DNA of 64,000 bases. Source: Halocafeteria seosinensis (Eukaryota). The notes under the pieces were generated by a model. That model did not search any database and had not been told where the DNA came from. It saw nothing but the letters and a program-made list of their open reading frames with translations. This document shows positions 24,362 to 39,100 of the stretch, piece after piece. The translations under genes were made by a program, and so were the position numbers. Location: assembly GCA_001687465.1 (NCBI GenBank), contig LVLI01000359.1, positions 1-64,000 of the forward strand, given 5' to 3'. The stretch's first letter is position 1, and each line of letters begins with the position of its first letter.

Positions 24362-26157
24362 CTAACGTCTATAGTTATTCACAAGCTCTTTCATATACTC
24401 TTCAGTACAATTCAGTTCCACATCTAGCTGCTCTAAAGAACTCATCAGCCCCTTCGCTTCGTTTAACTCCTGAGTAAAATGTGCCTCGTAATCCCGTTGA
24501 GCACCCTCTTTTTTCTTGAACGAAACCACATTATCTTCCGGTTGATTTCCCTCGGCCCATATGCTGGCATCCAGCTCCTTGCGATGTATCATGTCAGCTA
24601 TTATAGATTGCGCTTGTTCGGCATTCTTACATGCCGTCATTCTGGACACATTGCCCACTGTCACTGTAACGTAAGTCTTCGTCAATTGTCGAATCTGACG
24701 GCGAACAGCTTCTTCTTCTATTTCTTTGCACAAGAACAGCGTCTGGTCATTGATAAGGGAAGTCTGGTTATTCTTTATGGCGCTTGACAACTTTGGAATA
24801 TCCAGCGCTAACGCAGCGGTAACTATCTCGCTGTAGGGTGTTAATTGTTCACTATAAAGGCTCCACGGACCAAGTTCATCCTTTCCATCAATTATCAAAG
24901 CACAAAGCCTAGCTTTCCTTGAACAACGGGACACTATAGCGGATGTCTCTCTGTTTGTGCCTCCAGCAATATCTGCACACTGTGCACAGACAAGTACCAA
25001 ACCTGTTTTGTGAGATGGCACGAAGACACGGTTGTGACACATACTAGATTATAGAATTGTCTGGCACATTTCCACATTCTACCCCTTTCAGCGACATCGC
25101 CAGCGTACTTGAGGTATAGTAGCACCTCGTTGTCATTCATTCCGAGCGACTTCGGAAGGACGTCATGACACATTCTGAAGACAAAATTTTTCAGTACAGT
25201 GAGGACATCACTTTAAAATATGTACAAGAGTAAGGATACTCACCGGCGAGCCATTTCGTAGCCGTGCTGTGGAGATTCAAGTTGCGCAGCCACTCGCAAG
25301 TATGCGGTGTGGACCGGTGTGAGTACACGTCCTGCTTCTATGGCAGCAGGGCAGCTGCGCGAAACAGTGGTTACTACCTGCCCCAACAATGTAGAGAGGG
25401 GAGCTTCCACTTCTCGGGCGTTCCCAGTAAAGCAAGCCAATAAACTTAGAGCGTGTGCTATGCTTCCAACTGCACGACTCATCGAGGAGACATCATTCGT
25501 GGTGAAGCGTACGCGGAGAGAAACAATGGCTTACTTTCAAAAATGCACGAGTCAAAGAAAGGATAATTAGTCTCGTCATTGACATCTATTCCGTTTACAG
25601 TTTGCAGCACATCAAAGCAAATGTTTAAGAGCGTAGTTAGGCCCTTCTTAGAAGTTTGATCCGCGGGTTTCGCTGCCAGTTCTTGCTCATGCAGCTTCCC
25701 AATCAGCTGACATTGTGATAAAGCAGATCTGCGGTAGCGATGTGAATTCACATAACAAAATGCTTTCGTTCTTGGTGCACCCAGATCCAACAACTTACGC
25801 AATAAACATCGATAGCTCCAGGTCCTGCTGGCGATCGAGATTGTTGTAAGCCTCGACACCGTCCGAAAAAAGCACCTCACTATCGACGCCTGAGAGCTCC
25901 TCTACGGCTTCCCTTGTAGACTGGCGTTGATTGGTCGAAGCTTGTGATGCAGTCGATGCAGCCCCGTCGGAAGTCGAAGTCGTCGAAGACGACGTCATTT
26001 GTTGCTTGGCATTCAGATGCTGCGCAAACGCATCCTGCACACTATTCATCCCCGGTGATTCTCGCGGAAACGCCGTATGAAGCCGCCGAAAGAGTTCATC
26101 GGGTGGAGCGCCTTCCTGGAGCTTCCATTTACGGAAAGTTTCCACCAAAGTGTCCAT
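24362..26157 (-). CDS. COPS3: COP9 signalosome subunit 3 (PCI domain), multi-exon
   Basis: LTPVHTAYL, VLLYLKYAG, SAIV..RKARLCALIIDGK, PYSEI, IRQLTKTYVTVTV..EQAQSIIADMIHRKELDASI..VVSF follow the CSN3 motif order; several GT-AG introns. Exact ends uncertain. Confidence 0.8.
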
Positions 26158-26414
26158 ATCTTGCAAGTTTATGCACGTCAAGCCCTTCGTCTCCCGCCCA
26201 AAAACGTGACTTTTCGCTTTCGCTGCTGATCGTTGTGGCACTATTTGGTACTCACAACATTACAAACTGTGTGTTTAGTATGTAAGTAAAGGTGCATTGC
26301 ATTGACCACTACTCAGAAACTTCATGTCATGGGTATCCAGGACCCGACTTTCTTTTCTTTCACTTTCGGATGGAATTGATTGTCCGTCATGCGTAGTCAG
26401 AGTAGTTGGATTGG

Positions 26415-28133
26415 ATGGATGACGTCAACTGCATGATGGCTATGGAGGAGGAGGAGGAGAGGGCTGTGCTCCATCCGGCCCAATCCTGGTGTCAGGAGCA
26501 TTTTGGGTTTACAATTGCCTCATTGTCCTCATCTTCAACGAGGGAATTCCGACATCGCGGATGTTTTGCGGACCGTACGTTCGAAGCAGGCGACGTAAGT
26601 GAGCTCATTTCGCTCGCGGTCTTGTTCCAGAAGTTGTGTAATTTGCTTCCCACAGGTGGTCCTGGGATGTCGCCCGGCTGCATTCGTCATTCGTCCACGA
26701 TATTGGAGTGAACGGTGTGCATGGTGTTTCCGTACAGTAGCACCTACAACATACGCGGAAGGGACGGAATCTTCCCATGCAAGCTCGTTAAAGCGGTGTG
26801 GAGGATGCCAGAGTGTACACTACTGTTCCAAGGAATGCCAGCAGTGGGACTGGAAAGCGGGCCACCGTTGTGAGTGTAAGAAACTCTTTCCCCAGCTGAG
26901 ACATAACATGGATGCGCTGTGCGATGGTGAGTCGACGAAAACCGAGAACTCGTGATGCTTAAGGGATCTTGTATGTAAAGTGTCATTTTGTGGTTTGCAG
27001 CAAGCCTCCTGCACCGGGCATATTGTAAAAAATGTTCCACATTCTGGTTTGCTCAGAATAGCCGTGGACCGGAGCTGCCCTACACTACAACGGAGAATGT
27101 CGCGGTCTACCAGCATACTTTTAAAGATGTTAGCCAAATGGAGAGTGACCTGGAGACGACGTCCAAAATCAACAAAGACTTGGCAATGTCGCAACAACAA
27201 CTGGCAAATTTCGTCTCCTCCTTGATAAATGCTGCTGGCTCTGAACTAGCCCAAACACTGAACGCTTTTTCCAGGAATAATTTTGCAATATGGGATCTTC
27301 AAATGAATTCATATGGAGCAGGTTGCTATCCTGTAGCGTCTCTGTTCAATCATTCATGTAGACCGAACTGCATTGCAGTATTCAACACCCCGGGCGACCA
27401 TACGCTTTACCTTCGCACCCTAAAGCCAATCGACCCCGGTGAGGAGTTGGTCTTAAGCTATATTGATGTCGCTCAAACAAAGAAAGAACGACACAAAGAG
27501 CTCTTAACCCAGTATGGGTTTAAGTGCTGCTGTGGGCGATGTGCCGAAGAGCTTCAAAGCAGCGAACCGGATTATACGATAGATAGTCAAAGGCCTACCT
27601 CTTATGCTCAAGAGGAACGCACTTCCATAGAAAGAGCATGGAAGCTTCTGGAAGAAGCAAACGGATTGGTCGATACAGACTCCCCTGAACCTGCCCTAAT
27701 GGCAAAGCGGGTCAAACTAGAAGAGAACGCTTTGACGTTGCTTGAACGCTATCTACATCATTGTCATCCAAGAGTTATCTCCACAAGAAAATTGCTCTGG
27801 AATGATTATACTGTGATAGGTGAGCTTGCTAAAGCGCGTGCGCAATGCGAAGCACTGGCAACAGCGTACCAGGAATTGTACAATGCTGGTCATCCTCTCG
27901 TTGGTCGAGAGTTACAGAAATGCAGTGAACTCGCGAGGAACATGAGCCAGTAAGTCACTCGGTAGGGATACGGATAGCTCCATCGTAACCTCTGCTTAAC
28001 GTATCCAATTTGCAGAGAAGAGGACGAGCAAAAGTGCCGCGACGCTGCGAAGAAAGTTTTCAGAGTATGTCTTGGGCTAAACCATTTTGCCTTAACAGAA
28101 GATTACCATGAAATTCCTCTTGGAGTAGGGTGA
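26415..28133 (+). CDS. SMYD-family SET and MYND domain lysine methyltransferase
   Basis: RGCFADRTFEAGDV, MYND finger CAWC..CGGCQSVHYCSKECQQWDWKAGHRCEC, GCYPVASLFNHSCRPNC, GEELVLSYID, post-SET FKCCCGRC; three predicted introns (second 26927-27000). Confidence 0.92.
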
Positions 28134-28904
28134 GGATAATGTGATCTCTCATTTGACAGGCTATCAGCGAAGAGTGAGTTGTGGATGAATGAAGTTTCGC
28201 CGGTTATCGCTCGGTCAGCTTCTACATGGTTTTATCGGCTCCACCGAGCCTCCACGCGACAATGAATACTCAGAATACCTGACGTGAAATATCATGTGGC
28301 AACCTTGCAATAAGAAGTGACGACCTAACTTCTTTGCCATGGCCACTTTAGAGATAGGCAGCAGATGGACGACGTCCTTGTGGAAAACGTGCTTTACGTT
28401 ACTTGATGTCCCGCGAGCTATTACTGTCTTCATCCCAAGTCGAAACGACTTGCAAGTTGTACCACACCCATTTTTCAGCCCGTTCTTCCACCGGGTCTGG
28501 TTACTGTTGATCCATTACCAAAGTTCAATACGACAGCGTTGAGAGTTCCGTTTTACCATAAACCAACCCGCACTTGCGGACTTGGGAGTAAAGTATGGCA
28601 TTACAATGACGGACGAATCGACTACATTTGGCATTCGTACTCCTTGTCCACTTTTTCTTGGTTGAGTCTTGTGCAATCACACACACTCTTGTTCCAGCAA
28701 TGTAACTTCGGGGAGTTCGAAGCGGAAGTTCCTCTGAAGTTACAGTCAGCCAAACCCTTAACTAGTTACTCGTAAACACTTCGCTTTGACAGTCTTTGTT
28801 TGTTTTGAACTGGAATAGATGCATTACAGTACAATGGATGGATGACCCTGCTTGCGAACGCAAACCCATCGTATAAGGCTCTCTGGTCAGACGGTTGAGG
28901 AAGT

Positions 28905-30131
28905 ATGGATCCAGAACAGGTCGCCAGGACAAATGGAGCGACTTCGAAGCTCTCGGAGGAGGATGCTTTCTACGTGTCCCGCTGCGAAGAACTGAGGCAA
29001 ACTAGCACCCATAAGGGACTCATCCCCGGACAGAGTAATTTCCTCGTGGCTGCACTCATAACATACAGTGAGCAAGAGTCGGCGGAGAGCGCCAACAAGG
29101 ACGAGGAATCCAAGGCTAAACAAGCCAAGAAATACGTCTATGGGTTGAATGCTGAGCCATGTTCCATTGGAGGGAGTATATGCGCCGAGCGAAGCTGTAT
29201 CGTGCAGCTCCAAATGATACCGGTGGCTAAAATTCACAGCATCTACATCACCACGAGCACGGAACTGGAAGTCACTCCAGGTACGTGTCCTCCCCACAAA
29301 GGTCGAAGTTCAGGGGTGCTCATTTTGGATTTCCGTGGGCTTGCGTGCAGGCCCTCTTTGTAGGGAATGGCTCTCAGAAATATGTGCACCCGATACGCCA
29401 ATTGTACTCTTCACGCGAACATCCTGCACCAGCATTCCAATACAGGTATGTATTTCAAAGAGTCTGCTTCCTCTGAGGATGCTCTGACCTCGAATGACAC
29501 GTGAGTACAGGAATTGTACCCTTACCAGAATTTGTATTCTGGTATGGTTGCTTCCGAAGCAGCGAGAGTGGCGAGACTCCTCGGACCAGCAGCAGTTTCC
29601 TTCCTGAAGGAGCAGCAAGTTCGCGAAATACTGACGGACGACTGTAAACATTTAGCCAAATCCGTCGTCAGTGCATACGAAAACGCATGTAAACTTGCCA
29701 ACGAATTTGAACAGGGGGATGACTATCACCCTTTGCAGTACGCAGCGGCAGTTGTGTTTGAGAAGGGTGAAGTGGAGGTTGCAAAACAAAGCACTTGCGT
29801 GGAATATGGGTGTACTATTGATGCCTTCAGCAAGCTTGTGAAAGACATAGAAAAGCACTCAAAGAACGATTCGTCACCCGTCGTAGTACTACAAGTAGAC
29901 CAGTTCGGAATTTGCCAACCCCCGCCGGCGAAAACAAGAAGTTATTTGGTTGAGTTCGGAAACCAACATGCCCTTGCCCTGTTCCATTACCCACATGAAG
30001 GCGCACAAAGCGGAACCAGTCGACTGCTGTGGGAATCGACTAGGTCAGACACGCTAGGATGCATCACTCGATCATTTGAAAGCCTCTTGCCTACTCTATG
30101 TGAAATCCCTTTCAGCAATGCTGCTCAATGA
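28905..30131 (+). CDS. Two-domain cytidine deaminase-like protein
   Basis: Exons 28905-29280, 29351-29445, 29511-30131. QSNFLVAA, GLNAE, SICAER, TPGPLCREWLSE, ELYP; second degenerate CDA-fold domain (QYAAAVVFEKG..VEYGCTIDA..QVDQFG). Confidence 0.82.
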
Positions 30132-30134
30132 TAT

Positions 30135-33100
30135 TCAGCGCTGCCCCGGGTCTTGGTCATTGGAAGGATCAGGATTGAAATCTATGAGCTCTGTACCCGA
30201 ATTATCGTCCAGCTGCCGCTGCAACGCCCGCGCGAATTCGCTATCGCTGCGTTCCAGTCTGTTGTCCTCCTCTTCATCTTCGGGTCCACCGGGAGGGGTG
30301 TGCCCTTCCGGGCTGGCCTTCGCATTAGTACTGCTTTGATCTGAGTCCGAATAGTCATTAGGTTCGACTTCCAAACGACCAACAGGCTTGCGCTGAACGC
30401 GGTCGGTAGTATCTGATTTATTCATTTCATCGTCACTTTCCGTATCTGGAGGAATGACTTCATCCGTTTTCTCATCCTTCAACAATTCATATCTCCAGCT
30501 AAAACGGAACCCACCCCAAGGGCTTTCTGGATCCTTTTTAACTACCGGGTGGAGATAGCGTACTTGGCGGTACCCAAGCATAATCTCTATGGGATGGTCC
30601 TCTGGCATGTCGAAATTAAGTCCTTCGCTTTTTGTCTTTTCAATATACAACCTAAACGTCATGGATTGTCGCTTGTCATTGACAACCTTGAACGCCATTC
30701 GGTCGGTTCCCTCAGGGTCCGTCCATGCATGTGATGTACATGTAACCTCGGTGTTATAGCTATGACTTACTACCTCTCCGTCCAGCCGATAGAGGTAGAA
30801 CTCTAAATTAGGTGTTTCCGCCAGCGCTGGTCTGTGTCTACCGACCTCGAGATCACATTTATCTCGGATGGCAATCAACTTCCGCAGTTTATCTATACCG
30901 TCTAGCACTTGGTTCCTATCTGGCTGCACGGTAGCTGTCAGCCCTTCGCAATATCGGAAAAGCCATGGATAAAACCAATCAGCCCAGCATGTGTAGCGGC
31001 GTTTCTTGGCTAAATGCGACGGGGAGGGAATGCTCCAGATGTACGCGCGCACACACTCCAGCTTTTCCATTATTAACAGGAGCCTTGATAGACAGCAATA
31101 GGTCCAACGAGCAGAAGAATACCGGCGGTTGTACATGCTGGCCAAAAGACCGCGACCGACGCCACTCAGCAGTATCGTCTTACTAGCCATTGCTTGTGAT
31201 GTATCGTTGGCGAGCAGCAGATCACGACAGCCCACATTAATTGACATCAGACCATGCCCTACCAGATGCTCTCTCTGCATTGCAACATGTGGGTCACCGA
31301 GTATCATCGCCACGCGCTTTGACTGAAGCGAATCTTCCATTTCTAGAAGGCCATCTACAACGTCAAAGTGCAAGTCCACCGTGTAATACTGGGCAGAAAA
31401 CATCAGCTCGTGGCTAACGGCTTGGCACGCAATGTTAGTAAAGTTTGGGTTTTCCCAACACAGATATTGCAGCATCAATGTCGTCGATTCCGTTTCAGCG
31501 CTGCTCTTCAAAGCCTTTTCGAAGAAGGATGAGCACGTCAAAAGGGTACAAACCATCATAGCGAGTGGCGGGAAGGGTGCATCGTTAAGAGCTGAAGGGT
31601 CCAGCTTTCCTTCGTATGCGAGATTGAGCAGATGCTCGTCAAGGTGGGCTTCAAGCGACTCCGATAAAGCAGTTGGTGGTTCACCGGGCGCACGCGAATA
31701 GGAATTCCGGAGGACCCGCGCTGCCGCAGCCGCTGCGCCAGTACCTTCTCGGACACACCCCGGGAGCCGTACACTCCTAACGAGCAACGAAACGGTCTGA
31801 AGCATTTTCGTCCATAGCGGAGTATGCATTTTCTCCTTCTTCCGCGTGCTATGATTCTCAGCACGAATATATTTAAAAGGCGATTGTGAATCCATGAACG
31901 CATCTATAAGCATTTCCACACAACCAAAACTAAGCAGAAAGCGACGTACAAATGGTTGCTCTGCCGCTGCTTCAGCTAAAACTTCAAAATATTGCTCGAA
32001 TCGGTACACGCTCGATACAGCAGTCTCCAAGTTAAGCAAGTAGCCGTGCAGAAACTGCCCTACCGTAGACTGAAACATGTCTTGTTTCTCTGCAGGCACG
32101 CACCTGCCGGAATTTTCACCACGATACGCCAAAACAGTTCGTGAATCTCTCTCCAGGGTCGTCTGCTCCTCTCTGCAGCACAAAACAGTGTTCAGGCATA
32201 CCACAATCAAACGGCTAGTCTCTCGCCGTATGTCACCGTCTGCACATTCAAATAACACCTTGCTGTATGACGAAGGAGAGGAGTACATGCACCGCAGAAG
32301 CTGCTTTGCTGCAACTTCACTTTGACAAACAATATTGCGCATAGCCTTGTTGATATCTGGAAACGTGTTGTGCTCTGCCGCATGAGCAAGAGTGTCCAGA
32401 GCGAAAGGTACGTAGACCTCGGCCAGTTGGGAGATACTATCCCTATACTCGGCGACAGCCGACTCTGAGTCAAGAAGCTTCTCAAAGTTCCGAAACGTCA
32501 TCGACATGAAATCGAAGAATTCTCTGGAGTAGATGGACTGATCGATTAAAAACCGAACATTGTCATCAAAAACATCCTTAAGGATCCTTGGAGGGAGTAA
32601 TGACCGCCATAAACCTGGTCTAGTTGTAGTATGCCCTGGGATCTTGTCTCGGCTCCGACAAACAGTAAACTCGTCCTCCACTCGCTGCTCTGGAGCTGCT
32701 GTAGTCTTTAGAGCTTGGGAAAGCCATCGCAGTTTCGTAGAGAACTCATCATCTATAACCGTAAACGATTGCTCTTGGCTCGTTCTACTCTTCTCTTCCG
32801 TGTCACTGTTGACCAAAGGAGGGGTTTGCGGTGCTTCAGTAATGACCTCGGGAGGCGTATACTCGTAGCCACGTAGAGCACCCTCCAATTTCATAGCGTC
32901 TACACTTCCTTCTTGTGGGATTACTTTGTCATAAACCAACAGATACGCGTTTCTGCTGGAATCAGACATCATTGAGTCGGTGGCCCAAGACGTGGACAGA
33001 TACATGCTGTCACTAGACCCCCCAAAAGTTTCTTCTTCCAACTTGGACGGGTCGAAAGGACGGATTATACTATCATTAAATTCATACCAGTTTCCATTCA

Positions 33101-36100
33101 CCCTGTCACGAATGAAGCTATAGTAGTGACCGGCACCAGCGGTGCCTACATGGCATACCACACCAGCTAAGCGGTATTCATAGTGTGCTTGCTCTTGCGA
33201 TCCCGCATCCTTCTCACACCCTTGTTTCGTGTAGGGCCAAAGAGAGAGAGAGTCCGGAAACTCAAACCGGGAATTGACCTTATCTACCTGAAACGTTTCC
33301 AGGTTGAATTCGAAGCGCTTACAGTGGAGAACGAGATTGGCGGGTAGCCTGCCAAGCCGTGACCTGCGGGTAATTGTCATCCGCCTGTCTTCCGGCTCGT
33401 AATGGTAATCCTCAATGGTTTCACCTTGAATCAAACTTTCCAATGCCTCTTCGACATTCTTGTGATTCTTAACGGTCAAAGTCAGATGATGGAATGGCTC
33501 CTGGCGCTCAGAAAGAATCCGTCCGTTTGACGGATCCACAATTTGAGTGATCGTGGAACCCGTGAGATACCGCTTGACTAGCCCTTCTTGCCTCGTTCCT
33601 TGCACAACGTTGTCCACCATATCCATGAAAAAGGTCACAAATTCCTCAGCATCTTGTTGCTGCAGAACATTTACAGGCTCTCCCAAAGGGCGAAATGCAC
33701 TACAGAATGGACGAGGATTATAGTCTTGTCGATCGCTCAGGCATAGGAAACCAAACAAACGCTGTAGCTGAAACAGCATGCTCTCCTGTGGTGCTTCTCT
33801 CGCAGCTTTCGTCAAACTTTTATCATCTTCGTCGACGTCATCTCGGTATTCATCTTCTACTTCGACTGAGGCTGGTGCATCCAGCACGCCATAACGGAAA
33901 CGAGGTATCATAAACAGCTGCTGCAGCATTGAGTTCATATAGCAAGTGCATCCTAGATTTTTCAACCCGACGTATCCACAAGTACTGCGCTGAGCTGAAG
34001 AAGGGGTGTACCTGAAAGAGTTAACCTTGGAGCTACTATTTAAGATTGGTATTAACGTTTTCGCAACAGTCCCGGCTCTACCCGGCTCCATTGTACAAAT
34101 TGTCGTAAGAACATCAAATGCGACAGTGCGAGACTTAGATCGGCTACACATTGGTAGCTTCGCTTGCTGGGATTCGTCAAGATCCTCGAGCGCATGGGGA
34201 ACGAAGAACAAGCACCTGCTAAGGAGTAGTGATAACAATTCACCACATCCATCATAGTCCCTCCACGATTCTCGAATAACCTCAGGCATGTTGCAAAACA
34301 TGACATTTAGCAGCTCAAGGACACCGATCAATACGCAGTCCTCATCGACTTCTCCGTCCACTTCGCGCGCCTTCTGACCAGTGGGTATCTGCTTCCAGTC
34401 AAACGCATATTCTCCCAAGACAGCCCGAGTCCCATCCTCAGTTTCTGAAGATGCAATGCGCTTCTCTACAGGTTCGTGCCGCCGCAGCCACTCAACAAGA
34501 GTATAGGCAAGACGATTTTCCCGAAATTGCTGGAGCAGAGTTGAGGATTGGCGGCACACTGAATCTCGGAGTAAAAGATTCAGTAAGCCAAAAAACTGCC
34601 GACTACACTGAGCAACTGATACTGGTGTTTCTGTATATCTCCCAAAAATGTCATAAACAACGGGATCAGCCATTAAGCTGGACTCCCCTAATAGTACCGT
34701 AACTCTCTCCAATAGAATACGAGCTGTTAAATCACCCACATCGGCATGACTGTGTCTGTCTATATGGTGGCACAAATGATAGACAGCATTGGCAGTCTCT
34801 GTTCGTATAGCATCCGAGAAAGGACACAGTAAGAGGCGAAGCAGCATATCCGTAAAAGAGCTATGCTCAAGCCCATTGACATCAGTAAGCTCATCCACAA
34901 ACGCTGGTCGCTCTAAACAGAGCGTCAGCCAAATAGTGAGGGATTGGGTCATTAAAGCAACATCGTAAATGTTGCCATTCTTACAAATCCCATCGATCAG
35001 AGTTCTTATTTTACAACTGAGCTTCTGCAAAATACTTCCGGTAAGTATTTGATTCCGAATTCCATTTGCCTTGAACTCCTCAAGTAGATCGTTTTCTGAA
35101 GAATGAGAGGCACACACATAACATGCATTTGCAGTTTCTTTCTTCTCTTCCATTTTTGTGTCAGAGGTCGCTACGTGGTCGACAGGATCTAAGCTCAGGT
35201 CTGGGCCACTCTCTGCTACAGAGGGGGCAGCCGGAGTGGCTGCTGGGGGATCATCCGCTCCGGCTGTGTACGCTGTATTGCCCTTTTCACCACTCGTTCC
35301 CTCTCCAGCTTTGTTATTGCCTTCGGTGTTGCTGTTCATCGAAAGTATGTCTTCCTTGAACGCGCTCATGCCAGTAAATGACATGAGAGACGAGTATGGG
35401 ACCGAGGAGGTAGTCATAGCAGCCCCTATAACGAAGAATCTAATTACACGTAGCAAAGCACATAGGCAAAATCTACGGATCCCAACCATGACATCATTTT
35501 CATCAGCAGAACTTTCCCAGATTGAACCAACTTGCCATTCATTTACAATTTCCAGAACATGGGAAAATCCGCCACACTGAGCAAAGTTTATTCTCCATTT
35601 GCGCGTGAACTCCACTCCGCTGTTTTCTTCATCTGCAGATCCGTCCATTTCTTGATCTGCATTGGCAGTTGACGATGGTGCGGTTTCTTCATCGAGTTTC
35701 TGGACAGAGCATCCTGAGGAACTCATATTGTTGACCTCATTAACAAGTCTCCCCACATTATCGTCGAGGTAACCATCGACAATTTGTAAAGTGTAAAGAA
35801 GTTTACAGCTATTGGCTTGGTCTGTCGGAAGCAACTCGGACCATTTGACCTTTGACGCATCGTTCTTCACTGTTTCTAGACCCTTCAGTATAGTCGGATT
35901 GCTTGGGAGGCGTTGAAGCAACTCCCACGCTTTAATCGAGACGCTATGTGGGGCAGATAATGCATCGAATAAGGTATCAAAGTAGTCGGGATTCATCGTA
36001 AGTACGAGTCGCGGGTTGCTTCTAATTGTATCGTCGTCAAAGTCTTCCGCTTCTGCCAAATCTTCATTCGAAGATTGCGAGAGGGTGTCCATTTCCAAGT

Positions 36101-39100
36101 CACCTTCTTGTCGGACATCCTCTTTCGCAAGATCGACTCCATATTTCCGTGCCACCGCTGCAACCTCCGGAGTTACCCCCGCTGGGAGTTGTGACGAAGT
36201 CTTCTCTCCGGCAGCAATGTTCTCCACTTCATGCATATCGAAGATTTTCTTACGAACATCATTATTACGCAAACGCAAAGTTCGTGTGTCATATCCATGA
36301 TGACGTAAATCTTTCCGTACACTATCAGGCCGTTTGCAACACGCCACCCTATAGAATTCCAGGAAGCCACCTTGAGTTAGTTCACCGCTCTCCGTCGTTT
36401 CATGGTTTCTAAAGATATCATCTATTCGGTCCTGGGCAATGTTACTTCCGGCTACACCACAGGCAATAATGTAACACTTAAATAGGGTCTGTGACATTGT
36501 GCCATCCGTGCTGAAGCGAGAGAAGATTTCGGCTAGTGCTTCTTCCGTCGCAGGTGTCATTCGTGCCTCATTAAAATCATCACCATTGATTAACAGAGCT
36601 GCTTCTGGTGGCCGTGGGGGCTGGCAATGATTCACTAATATAGTGCAATGGTTCTTAAGACCTACCTCGACTAAACTATCCGCATTTTGGTAGTCGCTGA
36701 GAACTTTGCCGCCTTCTATTAATTTTACACGCCCCGGATTGAGATGAACCTTCGTCGCCACGGCCTCCCGTAGATCCCAAAGACATGCTGTAGCCGACAC
36801 ATCCAATTCAAAATAGGAAGGACCTATAGGCTTTCCTTTCATCGAGGGCACACTTGAATTGAACTTTAAATGCAAGCGTCCCCCTCCTGTGCGTGTAAAA
36901 TGAGGACGTAAACCACCATGACCTCTGCTGTCAGCGTCTGCCACTAGGCGCTGTAAAGCCTGCAAGCATCGACCCGCTACCGCAGTAGCCGTAGCATTTG
37001 CAAGCTCAAGTGAGCCCTGTAGTTTCTTCACACATCGATCAACAAACGCAGCCTTGACATCTACTGCTGTAACTGGTTTATCAGCACCCTCAGAATTCTC
37101 AGCCATGTAGTCATCAAAGTTTGGAGCTAGTTGCGTATACAGTTTTAGTAAAAAATCTATGGCCGCAGTCGCGACTTCCGAGAGCTCCGCTTCCAGCGCA
37201 ATTGTCCAGAGATACCATGTCCCAGTCATCTGTTCTGGAGGACGGAACACCATAATTTCCTGATCAGAACTGCCGACAGCTCTATCTAAAGACCTGTTCC
37301 ACTCATTGATAGCCAGAAAATACGACCTAACACAGGAGAAATATACATTATCCAAGGAAAGATTTTGTTCTCCCCTCTTGATAATAAAATCAGTATATAA
37401 TTTTTCAGCAACCCCCATTCCAAAGAATTTGCTGTTGCCAAAGCTTTCACAGGCAGACTGCAAAAACTGTAGCAAGACTTCCCGGTCGAGCTCACAAATC
37501 GCATTGTCGTATAAACAGGACCACAGGGTAGACACCTGGTGCCAGTCCAATACTAACGTAGTTGTAGACAAGATACTCGTTAAGAAATCCATCCGAGACT
37601 TCAAGGCTTCAGCATAAGAGAAGTACGCTTCGTTAGCAAGGACAGCACTCGCAATTTCACCTTTGTTCTTTTCGGTGTTTTGTTTCCACGTCAATGCCTT
37701 CGAATGAAGTCTGTTGCAGCTTTCTATGACGACGTTTTCCAGGTTTGACACTTTGCTCGCATATTCGGCAATCATGCTCTTCGTAACCTCATTTTCGCGA
37801 ATGGCTTTCACATTGAAACTGTCGATGATCTCTCTTAAAATGCGTAACGCTAAAGGGCAGTTAACATCCTTCTGAATGAGCTCCACGCAAGAAATGACAT
37901 AAGGGATACGCATGTGCTGGAGTTCGTAAACCTTCACTAGCTTTATGAAACTCTTTCGCGCAGCCTGAAGAACAGGTAACGGGACCTCTTTCTTCTGAGA
38001 ATCTGCATCTACACGAGGAACGGACGCCCTCCCTTCTGGCCCTGGTGCCATCGGTGGGCGTTTTGGGTCCGTCTCTTGCATTTGTACTTGTCTGTCGGAT
38101 GAGCACTGTAGTACTTCTTCGTTTGAGCGCTGTTTAAGGTCTTGAAATTGGTCTTCATCCAATAGCTCCTTCGATATTTGAACATCCGTGTCAGACAAAA
38201 TACACCATAAGAACTGCAATGCCATATGCGAAATGCGACTGTAATGAGTTTTGTCTGCAGCCAAATGCTGCACAAGTTGGATACCAGAGGGAGGCAATTT
38301 GTACGTCGGGACGCAGGCAAACCGATGAATAAGTGAAGCAATGCTCTTCGACGACAACAGCGGACAGATGTTGTACAAGACATCGAACACCTTCGAGCGA
38401 ATATCAGCATCTGTGGCCCCTGTCTCAATCGAAGCAGCTTCCCACATCCAGGTAAGCACCTCTTCGTCAACTGCTTTCAGGTCGAGAAGTAAACCAACTA
38501 CCTCGGCTGATCGTTCTATAAGGGCTTTGTGAGTCGTCCGTGCATCGAACAGCGACGGTACAATGTTCTCAATTAACCATCTGGAGAATTCTTCGGCGTC
38601 AATGTAGTACGTATCATTCTCACGGGTCGCTCGGCACGCATCCTCTATGACTTTGATTCCTTGTATTCGCTGAGCAAGAACAGTACTCCTGAAGAATGTG
38701 GAGGCGACTTCAAGACAGGTCTTCTCTAACAAAGTGGCTGCAGCGCTGATCGTCATCTCAGAAGCATATAAAATCTTTCGTAAAGATAAACCAATACTAC
38801 GCCAGTCTTCAGCACGGAAGTCTCTGAGTTCCGGGTCGCTAAGTGTGCCTAGCAACCGTTTTGTTAGCTCCAGCAAGTCTTGTCCTAAGACTTGCAACCA
38901 CTTGCCACTCTCCACTAGAACAGTACCCGCAAACGCTTTGAGAAAGCATACAAGCGTGGTTGTACGTGAAGGTACGACCACGTCCACTTCACTATCAAAA
39001 TACAGAGTATTAAACGTATTGAGAACACCTTCTTCAGCCCTGAATTCATTTAAAAGGTCCTTCAACATTGTATTGCAGGCTTCGGATCCATGTTTCGTAC

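Noticed and set aside
28140..28900. Short ORFs between SMYD and the deaminase
   Set aside because: No recognisable motif or coherent splice model; treated as intergenic/UTR.
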